Part shown: positions 27,683 to 36,523 of the stretch, piece after piece
Numbering within the stretch: the first letter of the stretch is position 1
How the letters are laid out: each line of letters begins with the position of its first letter
Assembly: GCA_964637565.1 (NCBI GenBank)
Contig: CAZWTY010000011.1
Span: 459 to 64,458, forward strand
Length of the DNA: 64,000 bases
Reading direction: 5' to 3'
Origin: an uncultured Desulforapulum sp.
Lineage (GTDB): Bacteria > Desulfobacterota > Desulfobacteria > Desulfobacterales > Desulfolunaceae
The notes under the pieces: generated by a model
Databases searched by the model: none
Told to the model about the DNA's origin: nothing
Seen by the model: the letters and a program-made list of their open reading frames with translations, nothing else
Made by a program: the position numbers and the translations under genes

Positions 27683-29434
27683 ATGGTTAAAAAATGTGTG
27701 ACCGCATTGTGTCTCATGCTTCTTATTCCCATGACCGCTTTCGGGTTGTCTGCCAAAGCCCGTGTGGATAAAAACCGTATGTCCCTTGATGAAAACCTGG
27801 CACTGACGGTGACAGTTGACGAAGGAAAAGCGGAAATCGACACGTCGAAAATTGTGGACTTCCAGATTGTGTCCCACACCACAGGCTCCAGCTTTCAATG
27901 GATCAACGGACGTTCCTTTTCGGAATATACCCATGTTTACACCCTGAGCCCTGTGAAGAAAGGACGGCTCACCATCCCTCCGCTATCCGTCACGTACAAA
28001 AACGAAAGAACTTCCACGGAAAAGATCGACGTGGTCGTTGAAGACAATCCAAAAAGCACCGGTATCAGGTCAGAAGGGGATATTTTTGTCAAAGCCTCGG
28101 TAAACGATGATTCACCCTATCCAGGACAACAGATCGTCTATACCTTCGCCCTGTACTATACGATGCAGATCAGCGGCCCCACGCTCAACCTTCCTGATTT
28201 CAGAAATTTTTCCGTCAAGGAAAGCGACAAGGACAGACAGTACAGCACCACGATCAACGGAAGGGAATACCAGGTTATCGAAAGGAATGTGGTTCTCGAT
28301 CCTGTGAAACCTGGATCGGTGCTTATCCCACCCTCCGTTCTCAACTGCAAGGTGGCTGTGGTCCGGGGCAGGCGTTCGGCAGATCCCTTTGATTCTTTTT
28401 TTAACGATCCTTTTTTCAACAGGGCCGCCCTTGTACCAAAAACCCTGAGAACCAATCCGGTTTCCGTCCGTGTCATCCCCCTCCCACCCAACCCTCATCC
28501 TGTGCCGTTTTCAGGGTTGGTAGGCCAGTTCGAACTCAAAGCTTCCCTGGAACCGTCAACCCTCAACGTGGGGGACTCTACGACCCTGTCCCTGACAGTT
28601 GCGGGCCGGGGAAACATAAAGGACGCCATTGAACCGGAGATCAAGATTCCGCCGGCTTTCAAGATGTACAAGGACAGTCCGCTGGAGGATATCCGTCTGG
28701 ACAACGGCGGGTACCTTGGAAACAAGACGTTCCGCCTGGCCCTGGTGGCCCTGGAAGAAGGCCGTTACACCATACCCCCTGTTTCCATGACATGCTTCGA
28801 TATCGAAAAAGGGATATACAAGGTTTTGACCACTCCGTCGTTCACGGTCACGGTCAATCCTTCGCCTGATGGTTCGGTGACGCCACAACCAGAAAAATCA
28901 GAAACCCGGAACGAGGTTTCAACGGGTTCCATCAAACGTAAAGTCGAGTTTACCGGACACGATATCCTGCCTCTGAAAGAATCCCTTGAAGGCGCACGCT
29001 CTCGTGTGACTTTCACGTTTACGGGTTTTGTTTTCTGTCTTCTTGTCCCGGCCTTTGTTCTGGGCCTGGTAAAACTGCTGGTCCGTTTGAAGAAAAAGAA
29101 CAAGACACCGTCGATGATCATGGCCGAAAGGGCTGAAAAATCGCTGAAGGAAGCAGGGAAACCCAACCTGAATGACAGGGAGTTCCTGTCAAGCGTCTAC
29201 CTGGCCTTTGTCAGCCGTGTGTTCGCGAAAGGCGGCGTGACAGGAGAAATTCTTACCGGACGGGAAGTGAGAACCATTCTGTCTTCCTCCGGCTGTGACC
29301 CGGTTCTGGTTGACGAAGCGGTCCATCTCCTGGATCGCATCGAGGGGTTCCGCTTCACGGGAAAATCCCTGGACAGCGACACCCGGAAAAAACTTCTCGA
29401 AGAAACGCGAATCATGTCAAGGAGGATTGGATGA
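27683..29434 (+). CDS. batD: BatD-like oxygen-tolerance protein
   Basis: 583 aa. Signal peptide, long beta-rich ectodomain, one C-terminal TM 'FTGFVFCLLVPAFVLGLV', and operon position. Confidence 0.75.
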   Translation: MVKKCVTALCLMLLIPMTAFGLSAKARVDKNRMSLDENLALTVTVDEGKAEIDTSKIVDFQIVSHTTGSSFQWINGRSFSEYTHVYTLSPVKKGRLTIPPLSVTYKNERTSTEKIDVVVEDNPKSTGIRSEGDIFVKASVNDDSPYPGQQIVYTFALYYTMQISGPTLNLPDFRNFSVKESDKDRQYSTTINGREYQVIERNVVLDPVKPGSVLIPPSVLNCKVAVVRGRRSADPFDSFFNDPFFNRAALVPKTLRTNPVSVRVIPLPPNPHPVPFSGLVGQFELKASLEPSTLNVGDSTTLSLTVAGRGNIKDAIEPEIKIPPAFKMYKDSPLEDIRLDNGGYLGNKTFRLALVALEEGRYTIPPVSMTCFDIEKGIYKVLTTPSFTVTVNPSPDGSVTPQPEKSETRNEVSTGSIKRKVEFTGHDILPLKESLEGARSRVTFTFTGFVFCLLVPAFVLGLVKLLVRLKKKNKTPSMIMAERAEKSLKEAGKPNLNDREFLSSVYLAFVSRVFAKGGVTGEILTGREVRTILSSSGCDPVLVDEAVHLLDRIEGFRFTGKSLDSDTRKKLLEETRIMSRRIG

Positions 29435-30210
29435 TGAAGGCAGGGAAAGGCGGGCCGGCCTTATGGCTCCAAGTATTCGTGCTGTTCACGGCCCAGTTTT
29501 TTTTCGCATTTTCTCTTTACGGCGCATCGGGTCCCGAGAGCCTCTATCTTGAAGGGATCAAAGCTTACCAGGCGGGCCATTACGACAGGGCCTCAGAAAT
29601 TTTTCTCCAGGTGGCTGAAGCACCTGTTGAAAATGGTGAGCTGTACTACAATCTCGGAAATGCGTTCTACAAAAAAGGTGACCTTGGCCGCAGCGTCCTC
29701 TGGTATGAGCGGGCTCTGAAACTGATGCCGACCGATCCTGATCTTCAGTTCAACCACCAATTGGTGACAGGTCTTGTGGTGGACAAGGCGGACAATCGTT
29801 CCAATCCCCTTGCCGATGTTTTCCTGTTCTGGAAACACAGGATGTCTCGCCAGGCCACGGTGTGGTCGGCTGTCTTGCTTTTCGCGGCTTTCACATGGCT
29901 GTCTCTTGTCCGAATCGTGAAACCTTCCCGTAGTCTGAAGTATACGGAAAGAACGGTACTGGCTTTCTCACTGGTCTTTATCTTGTCGGCCGGCTACGAT
30001 TTTTATTCGGACAGATTCAACAGGCAGGCCGTGGTGGTTTCACAAGAAGCTGTTGTACGTTCAGGGTTGAGCGACGATGCCACGGAGCTGTTCCGTCTTC
30101 ACGACGGTACAAAAGTATCTGTCCGTGAAGAGCTTCGGGGATACGTGAAAATCCGGTTCTCTGACGATAAAATTGGCTGGATTGATAAAAAGAATATTGA
30201 AATAATTTAG
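29431..30210 (+). CDS. batE: BatE-like TPR plus SH3b protein
   Basis: 259 aa. TPR ('YNLGNAFYKKGDLGRSVLWYERAL'), a TM, and a C-terminal SH3b-like 'GTKVSVREELRGYVKIRFSDDKIGWIDKKNIE'. Confidence 0.75.
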   Translation: MMKAGKGGPALWLQVFVLFTAQFFFAFSLYGASGPESLYLEGIKAYQAGHYDRASEIFLQVAEAPVENGELYYNLGNAFYKKGDLGRSVLWYERALKLMPTDPDLQFNHQLVTGLVVDKADNRSNPLADVFLFWKHRMSRQATVWSAVLLFAAFTWLSLVRIVKPSRSLKYTERTVLAFSLVFILSAGYDFYSDRFNRQAVVVSQEAVVRSGLSDDATELFRLHDGTKVSVREELRGYVKIRFSDDKIGWIDKKNIEII

Positions 30211-30306
30211 GTTTTTTTAGGTATTTCTTCATTTCATTTCTTATATTATAGGTTCTAAATATCTGGATGTATTGTTTTTATGTATAATAAAAAACATGAA
30301 ACAACA

Positions 30307-30335
30307 TTGACAGGCCACCCGTAACTTTGTAATAT
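30307..30335 (+). promoter_or_regulatory. Near-consensus sigma70 promoter upstream of the pilus cluster
   Basis: TTGACA (30307-30312), exactly 17 nt, TAATAT (30330-30335). It lies in an AT-rich intergenic region about 240 nt upstream of the first pilus gene. Confidence 0.6.
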
Positions 30336-30574
30336 GTATTAAAATTTTCTTTCCGAAAGACCGATGGATCATACAGATCATGGTTCCGGCCTGGTTAGAC
30401 AGGCCCTGATCACAGGCCCGATGGGCTGATCTGGCCGAACGTTGAAACAGCATCGGCAGGGCCGGTCTGGAAAGAATATGGGGGAGAGATTCCATGGGGG
30501 GAATCGCTTTCCGTAGCGTCTTTGTCATCGACTGACAACAATCCGATACTTACAGTGAAAACCCGGGTGGCCTG

Positions 30575-32338
30575 GTGAACAAGAAAACGTCCGAAAAAGT
30601 GATGGGTTTCAAGGGCTTTGGCGGTGAACTCAACGCAGGCCTTGTCCTGGGGTACACCGGCCTGATTTACGTGGTGGCCCGGGTGGATTCCGGAAAAACC
30701 CCTGAGATCCTGGCCTGGGGTAAAGAGCCCTACGGACATGGAGTGACACGCAAGAGCCCGGAATTTCCTGAGATCCTTGAAAAGACTCTTAAAAAATGCC
30801 TGGGTTCCTATAAAAAAGCGAAAATCTGGTGCACCATCCAGTCCAAGGGTGTGGAAACCCGGTTTCTCGTGGTCCCTGACGCGCCCCGGAAGCACCTTCC
30901 CAAAACCGTTTTCTGGGCCTTCAAAAAAGAAGCGGCCATTGGAGACGAGCCCCTGGTGTTCGACTTCGACGTTCTTGGAAGCCGTGAAACCAAGGGAAGA
31001 AAAGAACTGGAAATCCTCGCCTGTTCCGCGCCGGTGTCCGATCTCGAAGACATCAAGTCTGTTTTCAAACTGGCGGGCAGACCGCTCACCGGCATCACCG
31101 TCACGTCCTTCGCATTCCAGAACCTGTTCAGAACAGGTTATTCAGGGGAAGGCAGCCGCCATATCGGCACCCTGTTCATCGGAACCGACTGGTCCAGGAT
31201 CGACATTTTTTCAGAGGGCAACCTGATCCTGTCGCGCGACATCAAAACCGGAACCCGAAGCATGGATGAAGTGCTTCTGGAGCCGGCCGTCAGAGAGATA
31301 AAACAGCAGGAAGCGGTCATCGACATGGACCGCTATCTTTCAGACCAGGAGAAAGAGCCAGCCGGGGATAGCCCGTCTGACGTTCCAGCCGTCGAGACGC
31401 CGTCTTTGAACGATAAATCTTTTGGAATGATCGAATTGCTGGAAAAGGGGACAGCTCAGGACAGGGAGGCGTCGTTCGGCCGGATCATTCCTGTGGTCAA
31501 CCGCCTGATCCGTCAGATCGAAAGGACCTTCGAGCATTTTTCCATGACCACGGGAGGTCGAAAGGTCGAACGGATCTACTTTACCGGCCCTTTGTGTTCG
31601 TACCGCCGTCTCCTGAAGTTCACAGGCGATCAGCTTGGCATCCCCGTCCATACCATCAACCCTTTTCCTTTGGAAGAACAGGACAACCCTTCGCGTTTCG
31701 ACGAATTTGTCCCGGCCGCCGGTCTGGCTCTTTCCCACAACGACCACACCCTGAACTTCATCTTCACCTACAAGGACAGGGAAAACAGCCGGAAAAACAA
31801 AAAAATGACGGCGATCCTCTGTCTTCTCATCGCCGTGACCCTGGTTGCCGGCCTTGTTTTTCACCGTGTCTCCATCAAAAGGGACAAGCGTCAGGCCGCA
31901 GCCATAAGCCTGATGACTGCGGATCTGGCCCAACGGGAGTCTCTCTACGGGAAAGAAAAAATCCAGGTCCTGGCGGACAGGCTGTCTGAAAGTAAAAAAC
32001 AGCTCGAAAAGCTGAAAAAGAACGCGATGGGTGTCGCGGTGTTTACAGACATCTGCCGGGTGACCCGTGGCAATATCCGGCTGACCTCCTTTCTTTTCGA
32101 ACAGGCCCAGGAAGGGCCGAAAACAGCACGTGTGGAGCTAAGGGGTGTGGTTCTCGTGAGCCAGCCCGAACAGGCGAAAAGCGAACACGAGGCTTATGTG
32201 GAAAATCTCAAGAAGCTGAACGGCGTCAGTCAGGTCACGGTGACCCATTCGGCCCAGGCTTCCCTGGCTGGCCAGGGAGAACAACAGGTTCTTTATTTTG
32301 AAATGGATCTGACAACCAATGACACATCGAGACCATGA
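30575..32338 (+). CDS. PilM-like actin-fold protein fused to a PilN-like TM/periplasmic module (MshI-like)
   Basis: 587 aa. The N-terminal ~400 aa are PilM/FtsA-like, followed by TM 'MTAILCLLIAVTLVAGLVF' and a coiled-coil/PilN-like C-terminus. The start is GTG 30575 or ATG 30602. Confidence 0.7.
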   Translation: MNKKTSEKVMGFKGFGGELNAGLVLGYTGLIYVVARVDSGKTPEILAWGKEPYGHGVTRKSPEFPEILEKTLKKCLGSYKKAKIWCTIQSKGVETRFLVVPDAPRKHLPKTVFWAFKKEAAIGDEPLVFDFDVLGSRETKGRKELEILACSAPVSDLEDIKSVFKLAGRPLTGITVTSFAFQNLFRTGYSGEGSRHIGTLFIGTDWSRIDIFSEGNLILSRDIKTGTRSMDEVLLEPAVREIKQQEAVIDMDRYLSDQEKEPAGDSPSDVPAVETPSLNDKSFGMIELLEKGTAQDREASFGRIIPVVNRLIRQIERTFEHFSMTTGGRKVERIYFTGPLCSYRRLLKFTGDQLGIPVHTINPFPLEEQDNPSRFDEFVPAAGLALSHNDHTLNFIFTYKDRENSRKNKKMTAILCLLIAVTLVAGLVFHRVSIKRDKRQAAAISLMTADLAQRESLYGKEKIQVLADRLSESKKQLEKLKKNAMGVAVFTDICRVTRGNIRLTSFLFEQAQEGPKTARVELRGVVLVSQPEQAKSEHEAYVENLKKLNGVSQVTVTHSAQASLAGQGEQQVLYFEMDLTTNDTSRP

Positions 32339-32879
32339 CACGTTTTTTGCCGTTCTGACTCCGCTCAACAAGGTCCTTCTGGCCGTTTTCGCGGTGCTTG
32401 TCTGTGGGGTGGGCTTTCTGGCTTTTCTGGATCATGGCCGGATGGAGAAAAGGTCGGACGAGAAAAACGCATTGGAAAAAAAGATCGGCGACCTTGCTTT
32501 CCTTGAACAGTTCCACGGTGCCCTTGTCAAGGAAAACGAGGTTGTCGAAAAAGAGCTGGAACTGTTTCCCCGAGATCGGACTTTCAATCGATACGGGGAT
32601 TTAAGCGGTCAGGATCTGAAAGCCCTGGCACTGAAACACCGGATGATTCCCGGCTGGGTGGATGAAATCCGTTATGCCGATTCCGGGGCCGTCCTTTCGA
32701 CACCTGGAACAGGCTTTTCCATGACAGGCTCTTTTTCCGGTTTTCTCGCGTTTTTAAGGGAACTGGTTTCCGACCCCTCGGTCGGCGGTGTTTCATTGAT
32801 CCAGATTCATTCCGAATTTGAACTTCTCGACATCATGATCAACATAGACAGACCCTCCGGGAGGGCCGTTCATGAATAA
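32319..32879 (+). CDS. PilO/MshJ-like pilus assembly protein
   Basis: 186 aa. A single N-terminal TM 'VLLAVFAVLVCGVGFLAFL' followed by a coiled-coil. Position after the PilMN-like gene, with a 20-nt overlap. Confidence 0.55.
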   Translation: MTHRDHDTFFAVLTPLNKVLLAVFAVLVCGVGFLAFLDHGRMEKRSDEKNALEKKIGDLAFLEQFHGALVKENEVVEKELELFPRDRTFNRYGDLSGQDLKALALKHRMIPGWVDEIRYADSGAVLSTPGTGFSMTGSFSGFLAFLRELVSDPSVGGVSLIQIHSEFELLDIMINIDRPSGRAVHE

Positions 32880-33327
32880 ACGTGAAAAGATCCTTGTGTT
32901 CGCCAGCGTGGCCGCCGCGGTCTGGGGAGCGATCGTGATCCTGAACGGTCCGGTGAAAACCAAGGATGGGGGGGCAGGAGAAGGGGACACCCAGCAATTT
33001 GTGGCCAGTATCGCGGAACAGGTCAAGGCTTCGGGCGGAACGTCCCTTGCGGGATACGACATTTCGATGATCATGGGAAACCGGATTTCCAGCCCCTTTC
33101 TACCTAGGAGGCTGAGCGCCCGGAAACAGGACGTGGATCTGGTTTACAACGGCTATGTGAGAAGCGGCCACCGCATGTTCGCGCTGATCAACAAAAAGGA
33201 ATACAAAGTGGGCGACATTGTTGAAGGGACCTTTATGCAGGTGAAGAACATCGACCCTTGCCGTGTTGTCCTTGCGGAGGGCATGAAGAAGAAACGCATC
33301 CTGCCCCTGGAAGGAGGCTTGAAATGA
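32872..33327 (+). CDS. PilP/MshK-like pilus assembly protein
   Basis: 151 aa. N-terminal TM and a C-terminal beta-domain, 'LVYNGYVRSGHRMFALINKKEYKVGDIVEG...VKNIDPCRVVL', typical of the PilP/GspC HR domain. ATGA overlap with the secretin gene. Confidence 0.55.
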   Translation: MNKREKILVFASVAAAVWGAIVILNGPVKTKDGGAGEGDTQQFVASIAEQVKASGGTSLAGYDISMIMGNRISSPFLPRRLSARKQDVDLVYNGYVRSGHRMFALINKKEYKVGDIVEGTFMQVKNIDPCRVVLAEGMKKKRILPLEGGLK

Positions 33328-34826
33328 AACAAGAACAAACGCCAACCTATGGTGGTTTCATCCCACGACTGATCATGGCGGTTCTTTTTCTGGCGTTTCT
33401 CACGTCATGCCGGACGTTCGAGGAAAAGAAGAAGTCTATCCGCCTTGAAGAGGCGTCCCCTAAAAGCACTGAAGCATCCATGGGGTATTCTCCGCCTCCG
33501 CGAAAGAAAAATCTCGATATCAAAAGGGACACGACCCGGTATTCCGTGGAAAAAACCCGGCCCCTTCCCAGGCGTCTGGTCAGCCTGAAAATGGGAGACG
33601 CCGACTTGCCCACGGTTCTGCGATCCCTGGCCCGGTCCGTGGATGTCAATATTCTGGTCAGCGAAAAAGTGACAGGTAAGATCAATGTGGCCGTGGACCA
33701 GGTTCCCTGGGACGAGGTTTTCAAAAACATCCTGAAAACCCATGGGCTTTCCTATGTATACGACAGCCGGATCATCCGGGTCATGACCGATGAGGACCTG
33801 GTGGCGGAACTCAACCGGGAAAAACTCAAGCAGTCCCTTGAAAAGATGGAACCCCTGATGACCCGGATTATCAAAATAGACTACGCGGATTCCAAACATC
33901 TCAAAGAAAGCCTGCTGGTGTTCCTTGACCGAAAAGCACCGGCTTCTTCCGGTCAACAGGCGGACAAGGCCCCGGTTGAACCTGAAACAAGCACCATCAC
34001 CGTGGATTCCCATACCAATTCCCTTGTGATCAGGGCCACGCGCCAGGAAATGGCCAAGATCCTTCCTGTGATCGAAGCGCTGGACAGACCCACGCCCCAA
34101 GTGCTGATCAAAGCGTGGATCGTTGAAACCAACCAGTCCACCGCAAGGGAGCTTGGTGCCAAATGGAACAGGGGATACGGGGATTTTACGGCGGGAGTGG
34201 ATCTTTCCGTGACCGACGGCGCTTTTCTTGGGTTTTCTTCCACCCATAACGGAAACATTCTTTCCCTGGAGCTGTCCGCCCTTGAAAGCGAGGGGAAACT
34301 GAGAATCCTCTCCAATCCCTCCATTACCACCGTGGATAACCGGAAGGCCATGATCGAGAGCGGCAAGGAGATCCCTTATCAGAGCATCGAGGACGGCGAA
34401 ATCAGTGTGGAGTACAAAAAGGCTGTGATCCACCTGGATGTGACACCCCATGTGATCGACAGGGAGCTGATCCGTCTCAGTATCTCCACCAGCAAAGATG
34501 AAATTGACAACAGCGTGGTGGTGAACGGCAACCCTGGAATCATCACGAAGAAAGCCGAAACGGAAGTGGTTCTTTACAACGGGAGCACCACGGTGATCGG
34601 CGGTCTCAACAAGGACAAAAGCGAGAGAAACATCAAGGGGATTCCCTATCTGATGGATATCCCCCTCTTGGGCCATCTGTTCAAATGGGACAGTGACAGC
34701 CAGGAAATGGAGGAACTGCTGATCTTCATCTCCCCGGTGGTTCTTGGAGAACGTACGGCAGAGGAGGCTAAAGTCCAGGGAAAAACATCGACCGGTGGAG
34801 ACTCGGATGAAAAAAAGACTCGGTGA
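33324..34826 (+). CDS. Secretin (PilQ/MshL/GspD family)
   Basis: The ATG at 33324 overlaps the upstream stop. N-domains and a C-terminal secretin core: 'LGAKWN', 'ILSNPSITTVDNRKA', 'IPYLMDIPLLGHLFKW'. Confidence 0.88.
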   Translation: MKQEQTPTYGGFIPRLIMAVLFLAFLTSCRTFEEKKKSIRLEEASPKSTEASMGYSPPPRKKNLDIKRDTTRYSVEKTRPLPRRLVSLKMGDADLPTVLRSLARSVDVNILVSEKVTGKINVAVDQVPWDEVFKNILKTHGLSYVYDSRIIRVMTDEDLVAELNREKLKQSLEKMEPLMTRIIKIDYADSKHLKESLLVFLDRKAPASSGQQADKAPVEPETSTITVDSHTNSLVIRATRQEMAKILPVIEALDRPTPQVLIKAWIVETNQSTARELGAKWNRGYGDFTAGVDLSVTDGAFLGFSSTHNGNILSLELSALESEGKLRILSNPSITTVDNRKAMIESGKEIPYQSIEDGEISVEYKKAVIHLDVTPHVIDRELIRLSISTSKDEIDNSVVVNGNPGIITKKAETEVVLYNGSTTVIGGLNKDKSERNIKGIPYLMDIPLLGHLFKWDSDSQEMEELLIFISPVVLGERTAEEAKVQGKTSTGGDSDEKKTR

Positions 34827-36501
34827 AATGCTGGTTGACGCAGGCTACCTGACCGGGGACAAGCTGAACGAATGCATCCTCGAGCAGAAGAAAAGCGGCC
34901 TGAAACTTGGGCAGTTTCTGGTGAGGCAGGGTCTTGTCTCCGAACGCCAGATCGTGGAACTGGTGTCGGCCCAGCTCAGGATCGACACCTACGATTCGAA
35001 CCGCTATCCCCTGGACGTTTCCTTGAGCGAGGTCCTGCCCCAGGATGTGGCGAAAAAATACCGGGTGGTTCCGGTGCGTAGGAAAGGCAACCTTCTGACC
35101 ATCGCCATGGACGATCCCATGGACATCTCCGCCGTGGATGCCATCGAGATTTATTCCAACCTGGAAGTGGAAGCGGTGATTGCCACGGAAAAGGAAGTGG
35201 ACCACCTTACCGCCATCCTGTACAGCGCCCATTCGGATATCGACGAAGCCATGGACCAGATGGGCCTGGAAATCGGGGTCCGGGACGACAACCTGGGGGA
35301 AAGCGCGGATTTCCAGGTCAGCAGCCTGAAGGACATGGCCGAAGAGGTGCCGGTCATCCGGCTGGTGAATTCCATCCTGGCCCAGGCCGTGAAAGACAGG
35401 GCCAGTGACATCCACCTGAGCCCTGAAAAAACCCATGTCCAGGTCCGGTTCCGTGTGGACGGAAAACTCCAGGACGTGCCATCGCCTCCGAAAAACATGT
35501 TTCTGTCCATGATTTCACGCCTTAAAATCCAGGGAGGGCTGGATATCTCTGTTTCCAGGATTCCCCAGGACGGCCGGTTCACCATGAGGGCTCACAACAG
35601 GGAAATCAACGTGAGGGTTTCCACCATGCCCACCATCTACGGGGAGAACATGGTTCTGAGGCTTCTGGACACGAGTACCGAGGTGTTTTCCCTGGCCCAG
35701 CTTGGATTTCATGAAAATGACCAGAAAAAGATCAGCGAGATGATCCGGAAACCCTACGGGATGATTCTGAGTTCAGGCCCAACGGGCAGCGGAAAAAGCA
35801 CCACCCTCTATTCCCTGCTGAAAACGGTGAACACGCCGGACGTGAACATCATCACCGTGGAAGATCCTGTGGAGTTTCGCATGGCCGGTATACGCCAGGT
35901 TCAACTGAACCGTAAGGCGGGCATGACCTTTGCTGAAGGACTCCGGGCCATACTGAGGCAGGACCCGGACGTGATCATGGTGGGTGAAATCAGGGATTCG
36001 GAAACGGCGAAAGTCGCGGTTCAGGCAGCCATGACAGGTCACAGGGTTCTCAGCACCGTTCATACCAACGACGCGGCCGGGGCCGTGACACGATTCATCG
36101 AAATGGACATCGAACCTTTCCTTGTTTCATCGGTGATGCTGGCGTCTGTTGGACAACGGCTCATCCGTAAAGTGTGCAGCGAGTGCCGGACACCCTACAA
36201 ACCCTCTGAAACCGTGCTCAGGCACTGGGGGATCGATCCTTCGGAGCCTGCGGAATACGTTTACGGAAAAGGGTGTTTTCATTGCAGGCAGACCGGGTTT
36301 TCTGGCCGTGTCGGGCTTTACGAGGTGCTGGTCATCGACGAGGAGATCCAGAAACTGATTTTGAACAGGGCATCTTCCCATGAGATCACCCGGCACGCTG
36401 TCAATGCGGGAAATTTCCTTACGTTGAAACAGGCCGCAGCCGATAAGATAAAACAGGGAATCACCACGTTCGAAGAGGCCGCATCGGCTGTCATGGTTTA
36501 G
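34807..36501 (+). CDS. GspE/PilB/MshE-family assembly ATPase with N-terminal MshEN (c-di-GMP-binding) domain
   Basis: Start 'MKKRLGEML...'. Tandem 24-residue MshEN motifs, Walker A 'GPTGSGKST', Walker B 'IMVGEIRD', and a tetracysteine 'CSEC...CFHC'. Confidence 0.9.
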   Translation: MKKRLGEMLVDAGYLTGDKLNECILEQKKSGLKLGQFLVRQGLVSERQIVELVSAQLRIDTYDSNRYPLDVSLSEVLPQDVAKKYRVVPVRRKGNLLTIAMDDPMDISAVDAIEIYSNLEVEAVIATEKEVDHLTAILYSAHSDIDEAMDQMGLEIGVRDDNLGESADFQVSSLKDMAEEVPVIRLVNSILAQAVKDRASDIHLSPEKTHVQVRFRVDGKLQDVPSPPKNMFLSMISRLKIQGGLDISVSRIPQDGRFTMRAHNREINVRVSTMPTIYGENMVLRLLDTSTEVFSLAQLGFHENDQKKISEMIRKPYGMILSSGPTGSGKSTTLYSLLKTVNTPDVNIITVEDPVEFRMAGIRQVQLNRKAGMTFAEGLRAILRQDPDVIMVGEIRDSETAKVAVQAAMTGHRVLSTVHTNDAAGAVTRFIEMDIEPFLVSSVMLASVGQRLIRKVCSECRTPYKPSETVLRHWGIDPSEPAEYVYGKGCFHCRQTGFSGRVGLYEVLVIDEEIQKLILNRASSHEITRHAVNAGNFLTLKQAAADKIKQGITTFEEAASAVMV

Positions 36502-36523
36502 AAAAAGGGTGAATCGGAGCGTT

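Noticed and set aside
30494-30535. 13-codon mini-ORF MGGIAFRSVFVID in the pilus leader
   Set aside because: It is too short and has no regulatory codon run or conservation evidence. It is mentioned only as part of the leader finding, not called as a gene.
30342-30574. Possible c-di-GMP riboswitch in the pilus operon leader, attractive because the ATPase has an MshEN domain
   Set aside because: I could not find the conserved GEMM-I/II cores (for example ACGCACAGGGCAAACC or GGGACGCAAAGCC-like segments). It is kept only as an unclassified structured leader.
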